Virus record (IMG/VR): IMGVR_UViG_3300045988_074170
Length of the DNA: 64,000 nt
DNA from: a virus
Direction: 5' to 3' (one strand)
Position 1 is the stretch's first letter; each line of letters opens with the position of its first letter. The notes under the pieces were generated by a model. It was not told the origin of the DNA and did not search any database. It was given only the letters and a program-made list of their open reading frames with translations. The position numbers and the translations under genes are program-made. Shown piece by piece: positions 16,823 through 25,217 of the stretch.

Positions 16823-16853
16823 CAAAGGTAGTGGATTCTGATGAATCCGCAAA
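16823..16853 (-). promoter_or_regulatory. Bacteroidota-type promoter (TTTG-N19-TACCTTTG)
   Basis: -33 at 16853..16850; -7 at 16830..16823. Confidence 0.7.
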
Positions 16854-16914
16854 GAGTTTCTCCAACTTTCTTCAGATTTTCCTCAAGATTTTCGATTTTC
16901 CCCCTGTTCCACAC

Positions 16915-17804
16915 CTGTCCACAAAGTTAGGAACTGAAGTTACAGTCTGTAATTTTACACGTTCAAACAGGTTTCAATCTATTACGAACTTTTTCATGTT
17001 TTATTTCAATCCGTTTCTGCTATTCCGGAGCATAGTTTCAAACTATAAGTTAGGAACGTTTCTATGACGCGTCATCGCCCGTCATCACACACGTAACATC
17101 ATCACCCCACAGCAAGTTACACACGAAAACACACCCTATGACACACCCTGTTATTCCTGCACCGAATTTCCCGGAGTAGATGCAACCAAACGTCCGTGTC
17201 TTGGTGGAGAGGTTTTAGTGGCTGTTTTTAGTCGTTTACAGCGTCAGAACCGTCAGTCTCGTGATAACGGATAGTGAGGCATACGATATCGTCCCAAATG
17301 ACAGCCACGGAGTCCTTGGTGTGGAGTAGGAACAGTCATCGGACACGGTTCTTCGGGGTTGAGTCGCGCAGGATTCTGGCGCAGGAGAGTGTTGCAGTCC
17401 GGATTCGAAATACCCTGAACCTCCAACCACCCACTCCAATAACCCCACTGACCAACCCATACCACACCCCAATAACACCCAGCCTCAGCCATACCCCTCA
17501 CCTCAATACCCACCATACTCCATACACCATATAGACCTATATAGGGAGGCTCTATACCCATCAGTGATTATCACCCCTACTTTCTATTTTGGTAGGTACA
17601 ATCCTATCACCAACCTGATTCCTATTCCTATACCACTCTATTAGGAGCTAACCATATTGAGGCTCAGAGTTATACCATTGATTATGTGGACGTCCCTGTA
17701 CGAGACGTCCAGAGGGATGTAACAAGCCATCACCACTGACTCATCACATCCCTCTGACATTTGTCCAGAACCCGAAGTCGATTATCGACAACCGTTCATT
17801 GAAT
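16915..17804. other. ORF-poor region of about 0.9 kb with a G-depleted tract, palindromes and short repeats; function unknown
   Basis: There is no convincing ORF. The tract 17411..17535 has about 5 G in about 125 nt. Palindromes are atgacgcgtcat (17064..17075) and cctatatagg (17536..17545). A hairpin lies at 17687..17711. The 11-mer aagttaggaac occurs at 16924..16934 and again at 17047..17057. Confidence 0.6.
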
Positions 17805-18083
17805 CTATCGAGGCGACTGTCTCTTCCTCTGTATCACATCACACTTCTCTTCGCTACCTGTTTCTTCCTTATTGATGTTCATCGTTTCTTCATTGACAAT
17901 CAGGCTGCTCACCTCTGTATCTATTTCGTACAGGTAAATGGTCGTGCCGTCTTGATTGACAGCCAACTCGCCCTCGTCCTCATCAAGAAACACTTCCGAG
18001 ATTTCCCCAACGAATCCTGGGGTCAAATCCATCAGGCTATCGCCCTCATGAATTTCTTTTCCGGCTGAATCTTTGTAAATCAT
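17805..18083 (-). CDS. hypothetical acidic protein (92 aa)
   Basis: ORF in the array. Confidence 0.5.
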   Translation of the reverse strand: MIYKDSAGKEIHEGDSLMDLTPGFVGEISEVFLDEDEGELAVNQDGTTIYLYEIDTEVSSLIVNEETMNINKEETGSEEKCDVIQRKRQSPR

Positions 18084-18179
18084 AATCGTCTTTCCTTTCT
18101 ATCTTTTAAATGAAGCGTCATACGGTCGTTCTAACAAACTTTTGCCACCCGTGCTGACACCTCATTCAAATTGTTACTG

Positions 18180-18596
18180 TTATTCGCTTATAGGAAGCAA
18201 GAACACCTTATCGAAGTTCTTTATTACTGACATTGACGTAACGTCGCTATCGACTAATATCTTTCCGTTCTTAATTTCCCTGACAGTATAGAGAGTCCCA
18301 TACACGTTCTTCACCGTTTTAAACGTGCCCCCGACTTTCAACTCTTCCAACTTGACTTCCTTATACTCCGAGCCATCACCAAGGCACAGAACTTCCTGGT
18401 CTTTACTGTTCACCTTTACACAGTGAGGACAAGCATGACAGGCTGAACTCCCTATCTTGCAGCCTCCGTGAATGTTGCAGTCAGGCTGCAATTGGTTCCC
18501 TTCGAACCAAAACTTCATCTTTAACATACTACCAACATCTTTGAAATTACTCAATTTCTTGCCACATCTCGAACACTTTTGATAAGTCCCAGTCAC
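18180..18596 (-). CDS. Cys-rich zinc-ribbon protein (138 aa)
   Basis: Contains CSRCGKK...CNIHGGCKIGSSACHACPHC. Confidence 0.55.
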   Translation of the reverse strand: MTGTYQKCSRCGKKLSNFKDVGSMLKMKFWFEGNQLQPDCNIHGGCKIGSSACHACPHCVKVNSKDQEVLCLGDGSEYKEVKLEELKVGGTFKTVKNVYGTLYTVREIKNGKILVDSDVTSMSVIKNFDKVFLLPISE

Positions 18597-18762
18597 CCAA
18601 TGACCGCTCTTTCGCTTCTTTCCCCCCTTTACGGCTTAAACTAAATTGCGCACCTCGGCAACGTTCTTCCATGACTGTTACAGGCTTATGCCCAAACCAT
18701 TCGCAGAGCTTACTGTTCCACTTCTTGATTAGGGATTTTTGAATCTTCTTCCACTTCTTCAT
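18547..18762 (-). CDS. possible small basic protein bridging the 18597..18709 gap
   Basis: ORF taken from an internal Met (MKKWKKIQKSLIKKWNSKLCEWFGHK...). It overlaps both neighbours, so the call is weak. Confidence 0.25.
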   Translation of the reverse strand: MKKWKKIQKSLIKKWNSKLCEWFGHKPVTVMEERCRGAQFSLSRKGGKEAKERSLGDWDLSKVFEMWQEIE

Positions 18763-19057
18763 ACGTTGCGTTGAATCGTTTTTCAGACATGATAAATAAC
18801 TCTCCCGTTTCGTCCGTGAACACCATATCCCCACGGGATACCCACTTTATTTCACAGTCGCCTATGGCTTCAATATAACACTCTTCACGGTTCGTGAACT
18901 GTTGGTCAATATAGTAGTCGTTGGCTTTCAACTTCTCTACCACTTCGCTGAATGTATCATCGCTCAACTGAACGATGTCAAACATTCCTGAAACTTTCGC
19001 TTTAAACTTCTTTTTCATTCTTCTCTGGTTTTTGATGTTTAAAATACTTTTCGCCAA
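18710..19057 (-). CDS. hypothetical protein (115 aa)
   Basis: ORF in the array. Confidence 0.5.
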   Translation of the reverse strand: MAKSILNIKNQRRMKKKFKAKVSGMFDIVQLSDDTFSEVVEKLKANDYYIDQQFTNREECYIEAIGDCEIKWVSRGDMVFTDETGELFIMSEKRFNATYEEVEEDSKIPNQEVEQ

Positions 19058-19292
19058 ATACCTTGTTTATCCCGCCACCAACCATGAAGCCACCTGCACA
19101 CAATAGGAACACTCCCAATTCGTTTAAATTTGTCTTGATGTACCCGTTGGTCACGACGTCCCAAATAAGACAGAAGCACACCACTAAACCAATGATGGCT
19201 CCTATAATTACGGACAGCAGCAAGGCAAACGATTTACTGCTGTCCAATGTCCCTGACTTAACAAGAGACCTGAAATAACTTGTCATTCTCAT
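19002..19292 (-). CDS. membrane protein with two predicted TM segments
   Basis: Hydrophobic segments are FALLLSVIIGAIIGLVVCFCLIW and LGVFLLCAGGFMVGGGI. Confidence 0.5.
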   Translation of the reverse strand: MRMTSYFRSLVKSGTLDSSKSFALLLSVIIGAIIGLVVCFCLIWDVVTNGYIKTNLNELGVFLLCAGGFMVGGGINKVFGEKYFKHQKPEKNEKEV

Positions 19293-19322
19293 ACCTGTAT
19301 AGCGTTATGACGAACTCCTCTT

Positions 19323-19934
19323 TTATTTATGAAGGACGTCATCGTATGCCTGCAACTCTATAAGTTCAATAAGGTCTCGCTTCGCTCTATGCATAGCGTT
19401 CTTGACCTGTTGAAGAGTGAACCCCAGTTCATCAGCCATTTCTTCGTAGGTGAAGTCATCAAAGAACCGCATCTGAATAACCCGTCTTGATGTCGACGGC
19501 ATCTTCTGCATGACGCTCTTTACATATTCTATTCGCTGATTGAACGACAGGGATTCTTCAGGTGTACGGCTGTCGTCTATTACTTGTAACGTAGGTCGGT
19601 CATCCTCGGTATCGTCGAACCCCTCATCAATGCTGACGATATTCACTCGGTTCTTCTTACGACAATAGTCTATCGCACAGTTCCTACCGATACGAACTAA
19701 CCACGCACTCAATTGATAGTCTGGTTGAAAGCGTTCCAACCTCTCGAAAGCCTTTTCGAATGTTTCCATTACGATGTCGGCTGTTAAATCTTTGTCATTG
19801 ATAATCTCACCAATCTGTATAGTGAGGATAACATTGTACTTCTTGAATATCGTTGTAAAGGCATCCTGGTCTCCACATAAGGCTCTTTGAACCAGACCGA
19901 AGTCCTTCTCGCGATGTGATGTTTTCTTTCTCAT
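19323..19934 (-). CDS. sigma-70 family (ECF-like) RNA polymerase sigma factor (start trimmed)
   Basis: The region 2-like segment is SAWLVRIGRNCAIDYCRKK. The region 4 HTH-like segment is MRFFDDFTYEEMADELGFTLQQVKNAMHRAKRDL. The ATG at 19934 reads MRKKTSH. Confidence 0.8.
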   Translation of the reverse strand: MRKKTSHREKDFGLVQRALCGDQDAFTTIFKKYNVILTIQIGEIINDKDLTADIVMETFEKAFERLERFQPDYQLSAWLVRIGRNCAIDYCRKKNRVNIVSIDEGFDDTEDDRPTLQVIDDSRTPEESLSFNQRIEYVKSVMQKMPSTSRRVIQMRFFDDFTYEEMADELGFTLQQVKNAMHRAKRDLIELIELQAYDDVLHK

Positions 19935-19960
19935 GATTACACTTGTTTGATTTACGGAAG

Positions 19961-19991
19961 CAAATATATGTATAAAGATTGACATATCAAA
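19961..19991 (-). promoter_or_regulatory. Bacteroidota-type promoter (TTTG-N19-TATATTTG)
   Basis: -33 at 19991..19988; -7 at 19968..19961. Confidence 0.7.
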
Positions 19992-20016
19992 AGAAATCCC
20001 CGATTATTTTCGGGGA
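19989..20016 (-). terminator. intrinsic terminator hairpin fused to a promoter
   Basis: Stem tccccga/tcgggga at 19997..20016. The sense strand continues TTTCTTTT. Confidence 0.55.
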
Positions 20017-20021
20017 AATCA

Positions 20022-20624
20022 TTAATCGTCGTCTTCGTCGTCGTTTGCCTCTCCTATTTGTTTGTAGAAGGATTTGTTCTTACAGGCTGCTGCCATCATG
20101 TTTATTGCTAATATATCTTCCATTGTGAGGTCACTGTCTTTCTTCTTTGACCGCTGGGCTTCATACTCATCACAGGTCTCCGAAGGATACATCTTGAATT
20201 TATTGTAGTAGGCTATCTGGAACAGTTCTCTCATGCGTTTACGTTCAGCCAGATAGTTCTTTCTGTGCCATTCCCATAACTGACTGAATTCAATGTATTC
20301 AGCACGGGTGAACTTACATTTCACTATCTTCTTACGACCTCTCTTCCACAGTTCAACTTCCTGGAGATAGCGTTCAGTCGTTCCATATATACTGACGTAC
20401 AACTGTAAGAACAGTTTCTGGACTGATGTTCTCATCTCGAACTCATACCACTGTTTCTCTTCTTCATCGAGTTTTGACTCATCAATACCGTATTTCTCGC
20501 ACAAGGCAGACAATAGGATTTTTGCGTTTGTGGCTTCACCACCCACTCCTCTTTCGGCAAGAGCCTGTAATTTACGTATCTTAAGCAAGATACCAGTCGG
20601 GACGGATTGTTCTTTGAATTCCAT
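20022..20624 (-). CDS. DUF2786-like protein
   Basis: The N-terminal segment LLKIRKLQALAERGVGGEATNAKILLSALCEKYGI resembles the DUF2786 helix pair. The C-terminus is acidic (NDDEDDD). Confidence 0.45.
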   Translation of the reverse strand: MEFKEQSVPTGILLKIRKLQALAERGVGGEATNAKILLSALCEKYGIDESKLDEEEKQWYEFEMRTSVQKLFLQLYVSIYGTTERYLQEVELWKRGRKKIVKCKFTRAEYIEFSQLWEWHRKNYLAERKRMRELFQIAYYNKFKMYPSETCDEYEAQRSKKKDSDLTMEDILAINMMAAACKNKSFYKQIGEANDDEDDD

Positions 20625-20652
20625 ATTACATTGTTTTATTGATTTGATTGCA

Positions 20653-20683
20653 CAAATGTAGTGGTTCAGATTGAGATATCAAA
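20653..20683 (-). promoter_or_regulatory. Bacteroidota-type promoter (TTTG-N19-TACATTTG)
   Basis: -33 at 20683..20680; -7 at 20660..20653. Confidence 0.7.
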
Positions 20684-20702
20684 GAGTTTCCTCGGGAATT
20701 CT

Positions 20703-20740
20703 TCAAAATAAATTGAGCCGAACTTCCCAGTCCGGCTCAA
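20703..20740 (-). terminator. intrinsic terminator
   Basis: 8-bp stem ttgagccg/cggctcaa at 20713..20740. The sense strand continues TTTATTTTG. Confidence 0.5.
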
Positions 20741-20796
20741 CCTCGCAATATTTAAGTGCAATCCAACGGCAGATTTACCGCATTATTATAACGTGA

Positions 20797-21339
20797 TTAT
20801 ACCTGTTTCATCACATTCGTGAAGAATACGAATGTCGGGTATGGGCTTCCCGAATTAGCGATAACACGATGTTTCACAAACCCATTTTCTAACAGGAACT
20901 TCGCAAGACTCTTAGAGGCTTCCATATATCCGTAATTGATATCATGCGCAAGCCGTCTATCCGCCTGAAACGCTTTCTCGAGCGTGCCCTGTCTATATAC
21001 CTGATGCCTTAACTCAATTTGCTGCGAAAGCCAATCATGTCCGGCAACTATTCCGGCACCAAGGAAATCCTCAACTGGAAGGAACGGTAAACGATACAGT
21101 TCCGTTGGAATCATTCCTGGTATAGTGATAGCACTATCCCCGTGCCAAGCCGTGTCATGAACCTTTTTCACGAATGGCTCAATGGTTTCTTTCATGACCT
21201 TGTAATCGTCATAGAGTCCTCTACGACCATCTTCCCAGCCTTCCTTATAAACAGGCTCCAACGCTTTAACACTAAACAATAGACGGAACGCCATCTTCAT
21301 ACGTTCCCACACACTTCTGTTTCTTGGTTCATCTTTCAT
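20797..21339 (-). CDS. hypothetical protein (180 aa)
   Basis: ORF preceded by the AAATAATTTCGTAGAT box. Confidence 0.55.
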   Translation of the reverse strand: MKDEPRNRSVWERMKMAFRLLFSVKALEPVYKEGWEDGRRGLYDDYKVMKETIEPFVKKVHDTAWHGDSAITIPGMIPTELYRLPFLPVEDFLGAGIVAGHDWLSQQIELRHQVYRQGTLEKAFQADRRLAHDINYGYMEASKSLAKFLLENGFVKHRVIANSGSPYPTFVFFTNVMKQV

Positions 21340-21383
21340 ATCTACGAAATTATTTGTGAGGGAGCGTGAACCCCCTCTGGTTA

Positions 21384-21698
21384 TTAGTTATCATTTCCAA
21401 ACAGTTGTTGCTCAACTTTGAAGCCTCTTCTCCAAGTCTTATTCTGACGACCGCATATGCAATTATACGTTTCCCGAAAGAACAGGGTTAAATCATCATC
21501 TTTGACATCTTCCTTACAAAACCCGTCAAACCATGCCCAGATGTTAGGACGGTACTCAATACCAATCTCTATCTTCATGAAGTCAGGATTAGGAACTTTA
21601 TCGGTTTCCCAACGTCTGATAGTCGGGTCCCACTTGTTTACTTCGAACCGTAAACCTTTACTCTCAGCAGCCTGTTTTAATTCTATTAAAGTCTTCAT
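21384..21698 (-). CDS. hypothetical protein (104 aa; start trimmed)
   Basis: The ATG at 21698 (MKTLIELKQ) lies downstream of promoter 21729..21759. Confidence 0.55.
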   Translation of the reverse strand: MKTLIELKQAAESKGLRFEVNKWDPTIRRWETDKVPNPDFMKIEIGIEYRPNIWAWFDGFCKEDVKDDDLTLFFRETYNCICGRQNKTWRRGFKVEQQLFGNDN

Positions 21699-21728
21699 AT
21701 TATTCCGTTGATTTATTGTTTGACGCAA

Positions 21729-21759
21729 CAAAGTTAGTCATTCTTTTGATATATCCAAT
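21729..21759 (-). promoter_or_regulatory. Bacteroidota-type promoter (ATTG-N19-TAACTTTG)
   Basis: -7 at 21736..21729; -33-like ATTG at 21759..21756. Confidence 0.6.
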
Positions 21760-21859
21760 GATTTATCCGGAATATTCTTAGATTTTCCTAAAGATTTTAT
21801 TCTTTGTACCTTTGTAATCGTTATATAACTGTTTATAAACTCTTTAATATTAAAGGAAA

Positions 21860-22345
21860 ATGATTAAGACTGGTTTAACTGAAGAGGAACTCGAACGTAG
21901 TGCCCTCTTGCTGAATGGTTTACTTGCTGACCACTTCACGCTTATGCTGAAGACTTGGCAGTTTCATTGGAATGTCGTAGGAGACTCGTTTGGTTCCTAT
22001 CACGAGGCTATGCTGAAACTCTACGAAGAAGAAATTGAACGTGTTGATGATGTTGCTGAACGTGTCCGTGCTCTGGGTAAACGTCCGTTGGGTTCTATGG
22101 AAGCAATGTTACAGAACAACCACATCAAGGAATTCGGTATGAGCGAAGCCGTTCCACAGGCTCTTGACATGTGGAAAATCATTCGTGACGACTGGGACAA
22201 GTTGATACGCTCTATCAGAGACATTCACAAACAAATCCCCGAGAATGACCTCGCCACTCTTAACTTCCTTGAGGACATGATTGAAAGCATGGAAAAGGAA
22301 GCGTGGATGGTTCGTTCTTACAATGTTACTCCGACAGGTATTTAG
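21860..22345 (+). CDS. dps: Dps-family ferritin-like DNA-protection protein
   Basis: LLNGLLADHFTLMLKTWQFHWNVVGDSFGSYHEAMLKLYEEEIERVDDVAERVRALG matches the Dps ferroxidase-site region. It is the only convincing plus-strand gene. Confidence 0.85.
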   Translation: MIKTGLTEEELERSALLLNGLLADHFTLMLKTWQFHWNVVGDSFGSYHEAMLKLYEEEIERVDDVAERVRALGKRPLGSMEAMLQNNHIKEFGMSEAVPQALDMWKIIRDDWDKLIRSIRDIHKQIPENDLATLNFLEDMIESMEKEAWMVRSYNVTPTGI

Positions 22346-22371
22346 AAGCCTGTACACGGGTAAACAAAACA

Positions 22372-22402
22372 GGGTGAGTCTTTCGGCTCACCCTTTCTTT
22401 TT
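22372..22402 (+). terminator. intrinsic terminator, apparently bidirectional
   Basis: Stem gggtgag/ctcaccc at 22372..22393, followed by tttcttttt. On the minus strand the hairpin is followed by TGTTTTGTTT. Confidence 0.75.
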
Positions 22403-22546
22403 ACGAATATCGAACTGTTCCTGATACTCTCAATGTATCTCCCGGAGATATTGTTATAGCTGAAAATCTAACTTCTTGTTGAGAAGTAAATGTTCCCTTG
22501 ACTAAGGTCTTCCCATTTAACGTGATGTCAAAAAGTCTTTTTGCAT
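22401..22546 (-). CDS. third MKKDF-type mini-gene; the frame is broken at a T5 run
   Basis: The ATG at 22546 reads MQKDFLTSR-stop. The frame one base back reads DITLNGKTLVKGTFTSQQEVRFSAITISPGDTLRVSGTVRYS and stops at TAA 22403..22401, next to the terminator. That frame has no start codon of its own. Confidence 0.3.
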
Positions 22547-22576
22547 AATCTTTGAAATTAAATTGTTAAACGAAAT

Positions 22577-22918
22577 TTATTTATGATTGCTTCGAAGCCT
22601 TATGTATTTCCACCACGCATAATGCTTACGAGTCTTGAGATAGTCAAGGTTCTCATCATTATTGTGAGCCTCTTCCTCAAGACTGATATCGTGATATGCA
22701 CAGTTCTGTTTCTTATGAAACAGCCTGATAAGTAGGTACTCAACCCCATACCACAGGTAGAAGAACACCCAGAGCATCTCCTTCATTTGAGCCGTGTGTA
22801 TCGACTCGTGCGTGATTGTTGACTCCAGTAACTGTTTACGCTTGGTAAACAGTATTCCGAAGAAGTTCAACGTATGATAACTCCCGAACGGGAACCATGT
22901 GTTATAAACTATTTTCAT
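22577..22918 (-). CDS. small HExxH (zinc-metallopeptidase-like) membrane-associated protein
   Basis: HESIH motif plus the hydrophobic stretch LWVFFYLWYGVEYLLIRLF. Confidence 0.45.
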   Translation of the reverse strand: MKIVYNTWFPFGSYHTLNFFGILFTKRKQLLESTITHESIHTAQMKEMLWVFFYLWYGVEYLLIRLFHKKQNCAYHDISLEEEAHNNDENLDYLKTRKHYAWWKYIRLRSNHK

Positions 22919-24393
22919 TCTTGATTTCCTTTCTTCTTTGCTTCGCGACGTGCTTTCCGTCTTTCACGTCTCGCTGCGGCTTCTGCTTCCGCTTTGTTTA
23001 CATTTACCTCACCCTCTTCTTTTTGTGCCTTGTGACGAGCAATAGACTCTCCTATCGCACCCTTTACACGCATATTCTTCTTCTGCTTGTAATGCTTGTT
23101 AAGATTGTAGTCTATTTCGAACTCACCTTTCGGCTCTTCGGGTTCATCAGGCTCCGGAGCCAATACCATACCATTCTCCTTGAGGCTCATATCCTTGTCG
23201 TCAGGTGTAACAGGGTTGGCACGGTTGTCTTCCTGTGCCTTCGCTGCCTTCATTGACTTCAATCGTAGGAGCATATTCTTACGAGTTGTTTCGGCTGTGG
23301 TTTGCTTCTCAGGTTCCTTCTCATCAATGATTTCCGTGATAGGGGTAAACTCCTGAACGAACTCTTTAGAGGAACGCTCTATCTGGTCCCAGTCGTATTG
23401 TTTAATCAGTGCTGACGGCAACTGTACCTGTTCACCATCCATCAAGTTACCATTGAACCCGTTGAACTTCGCATACCATGATGACGCCAACTGTGATATC
23501 AACACGGTCGGATTCAACCCTACCTTTGCAGCCGTCAAGCCCACTACCAACGCATTGATAGACATCTGCTTCATGACTGTCATTACGTTGGTCTCAGCGT
23601 GAAGTGTGGCGTTGATATCAATACGACCATCAACGGTCATCTTGATTTCGTTCCCCTTAACTTCCTTGCGAGCCTGTTCAATGATACGGAGTATAAGGTT
23701 ACAGTAATCGACGTTACTTCCCCCTGCTGCCCTATTCTTGATTTCAACCTCTACCAACATTTGATTAAGGACTTCAAGACGACCTGTTTCAGTGGCTATA
23801 CGAAAATCCTTATTCTGCAACACATACTCGGCTCGACGTCTGGTAATCAAGTCTCGGTTCTCAACGTAAAACTTCTTCAGTTCTTCCTCAGGAACCTTAA
23901 TCTTGTATTCCTTCGCCATAACCTTGCTGACATCGGTAACGGTATAGAATTTCCCAAAGAGTTCCATTATCGTGCCTGTATAGTCGACAATGTTACGAGG
24001 CTTCCGGGAACGGACTCCCATGGCTTTATTCAGTTCCAACACGGCTCGTTGATAGGCTCTGTCTAACTGTAAGTATTGAAGACGCTTGGCGTTGGCTGAA
24101 CGAACAGCCGTAATGTCCCCACCGTGCGTCTTGACAACTGCCCCCACGTTCACCGTCTGTTGGAAGTCTATATTGATTGTTTTCTCTTCCTCTGTACCCT
24201 CGTTAAGAACGAGGTCAAAATATCGTTTAGGAGAAAGGTCTCGTTCTTCTTTCGCAAGTTCCGCAATAATGTATAAATCTTGAACATCTTGGCTTGCTTC
24301 TGAAATATAATCAGGAAAGCCATTTCTAATTCTATTTATATCCTCTTCAGAAATTTCTTTTTTCTTCGGAGATATCTTTTTCTTATTTTCCAT
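22915..24393 (-). CDS. hypothetical protein (492 aa; start trimmed to the ATG at 24393)
   Basis: Long ORF starting MENKKKISPKKKE. Both termini are basic. No family is recognised. Confidence 0.65.
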   Translation of the reverse strand: MENKKKISPKKKEISEEDINRIRNGFPDYISEASQDVQDLYIIAELAKEERDLSPKRYFDLVLNEGTEEEKTINIDFQQTVNVGAVVKTHGGDITAVRSANAKRLQYLQLDRAYQRAVLELNKAMGVRSRKPRNIVDYTGTIMELFGKFYTVTDVSKVMAKEYKIKVPEEELKKFYVENRDLITRRRAEYVLQNKDFRIATETGRLEVLNQMLVEVEIKNRAAGGSNVDYCNLILRIIEQARKEVKGNEIKMTVDGRIDINATLHAETNVMTVMKQMSINALVVGLTAAKVGLNPTVLISQLASSWYAKFNGFNGNLMDGEQVQLPSALIKQYDWDQIERSSKEFVQEFTPITEIIDEKEPEKQTTAETTRKNMLLRLKSMKAAKAQEDNRANPVTPDDKDMSLKENGMVLAPEPDEPEEPKGEFEIDYNLNKHYKQKKNMRVKGAIGESIARHKAQKEEGEVNVNKAEAEAAARRERRKARREAKKKGNQE

Positions 24394-25159
24394 TTTGATA
24401 ATTCCAAATAAAACCTTTATATGGGATACCATTTCGAATATGTTTTCTTACGCATTTCTTTGACACGGAAAGTTCTTTCTTAATATCTTCTATATTAGAA
24501 AATACTTTAATAACTTCACCTTTTAAAGAAAATTGAACTATTGGAGGAATGCCTTTCGAATCAAGCATCTTTCTCTTAGACTCACTGGACATTTTCTTTC
24601 CATAAAAAGGATTCTTCTCCCCAATTCTTGACAAAGAAATTTTTCTTTTAGTTTCTTCAGAATGTTTACGATGTAAACCGATTTCACGAAGTTTATTTCG
24701 AGTTTCTAAAGAAGGAACATTTCCTAAACTATTTTTATTTCCTCTTAAAGATATTGAAAGTTTTCGCCTATGTTCTTCAGACAATTTCTTTCCTTTGTGA
24801 AGCCTTGAAATCTTTTGTTTAGTTTCTTCGGAACGTTCAGCTCCTAATGCCCCCTCCCCACCCCACGTTGAATTATATCCATTTCGTTTGGTATCAAATT
24901 TCCTAATAAGTCGCATTTCGATGAAATCAAGTTTAGCTTTCAGTTCCTTTTTAGTAGGAGTAGAAACTGTCAGAACCTCTTCAACAAGGAAGTTCTCCTC
25001 ACCATACTTTCGTATGGCTCGGTGGAACTTGTGGTCGGAGCCTCGTTGGGCAGAATAAATATGCCCTACCATTCTGCGTTTCACAGAATGAACAGTTTGC
25101 CCAAAATACATTTTCCCGTTGAGCAAACAAGTAACGCAATAAATTCTTCCTTTCAACAT
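24383..25159 (-). mobile_element. free-standing GIY-YIG homing endonuclease (copy A)
   Basis: MLKGRIYCVTCLLNGKMYFGQT...RRMVGH...FHRAIRKYG...YNSTWGGEG is followed by repeated K-x-S-EE-x-R-K-x-S modules (NUMOD-like). The ORF-track start at 25210 is a TTG. Confidence 0.8.
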
Positions 25160-25217
25160 TCTTTTAACGATGAAAGTGGCTGGTTCTTTACGCCAGCCAC
25201 CCCTGTTCAACTTTCTG

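Noticed and set aside
17395-17415. A tRNA-like T-loop string (ggattcgaaat), and a general check for tRNA, rRNA and CRISPR features.
   Set aside because: The flanks do not form a T-stem or an acceptor stem. I saw no cloverleaf candidate, rRNA-like segment or regularly spaced direct-repeat array anywhere in the window.
17236-17561. Overlapping ORFs in the G-depleted island: 17253..17561 (W/G-rich, minus strand), 17236..17478 (minus strand) and 17274..17534 (P/T/H-rich, plus strand).
   Set aside because: Their amino-acid composition simply mirrors the extreme nucleotide skew, and three mutually overlapping frames are open at once. They have no start-codon context like that of other genes. I keep the region as non-coding until shown otherwise.
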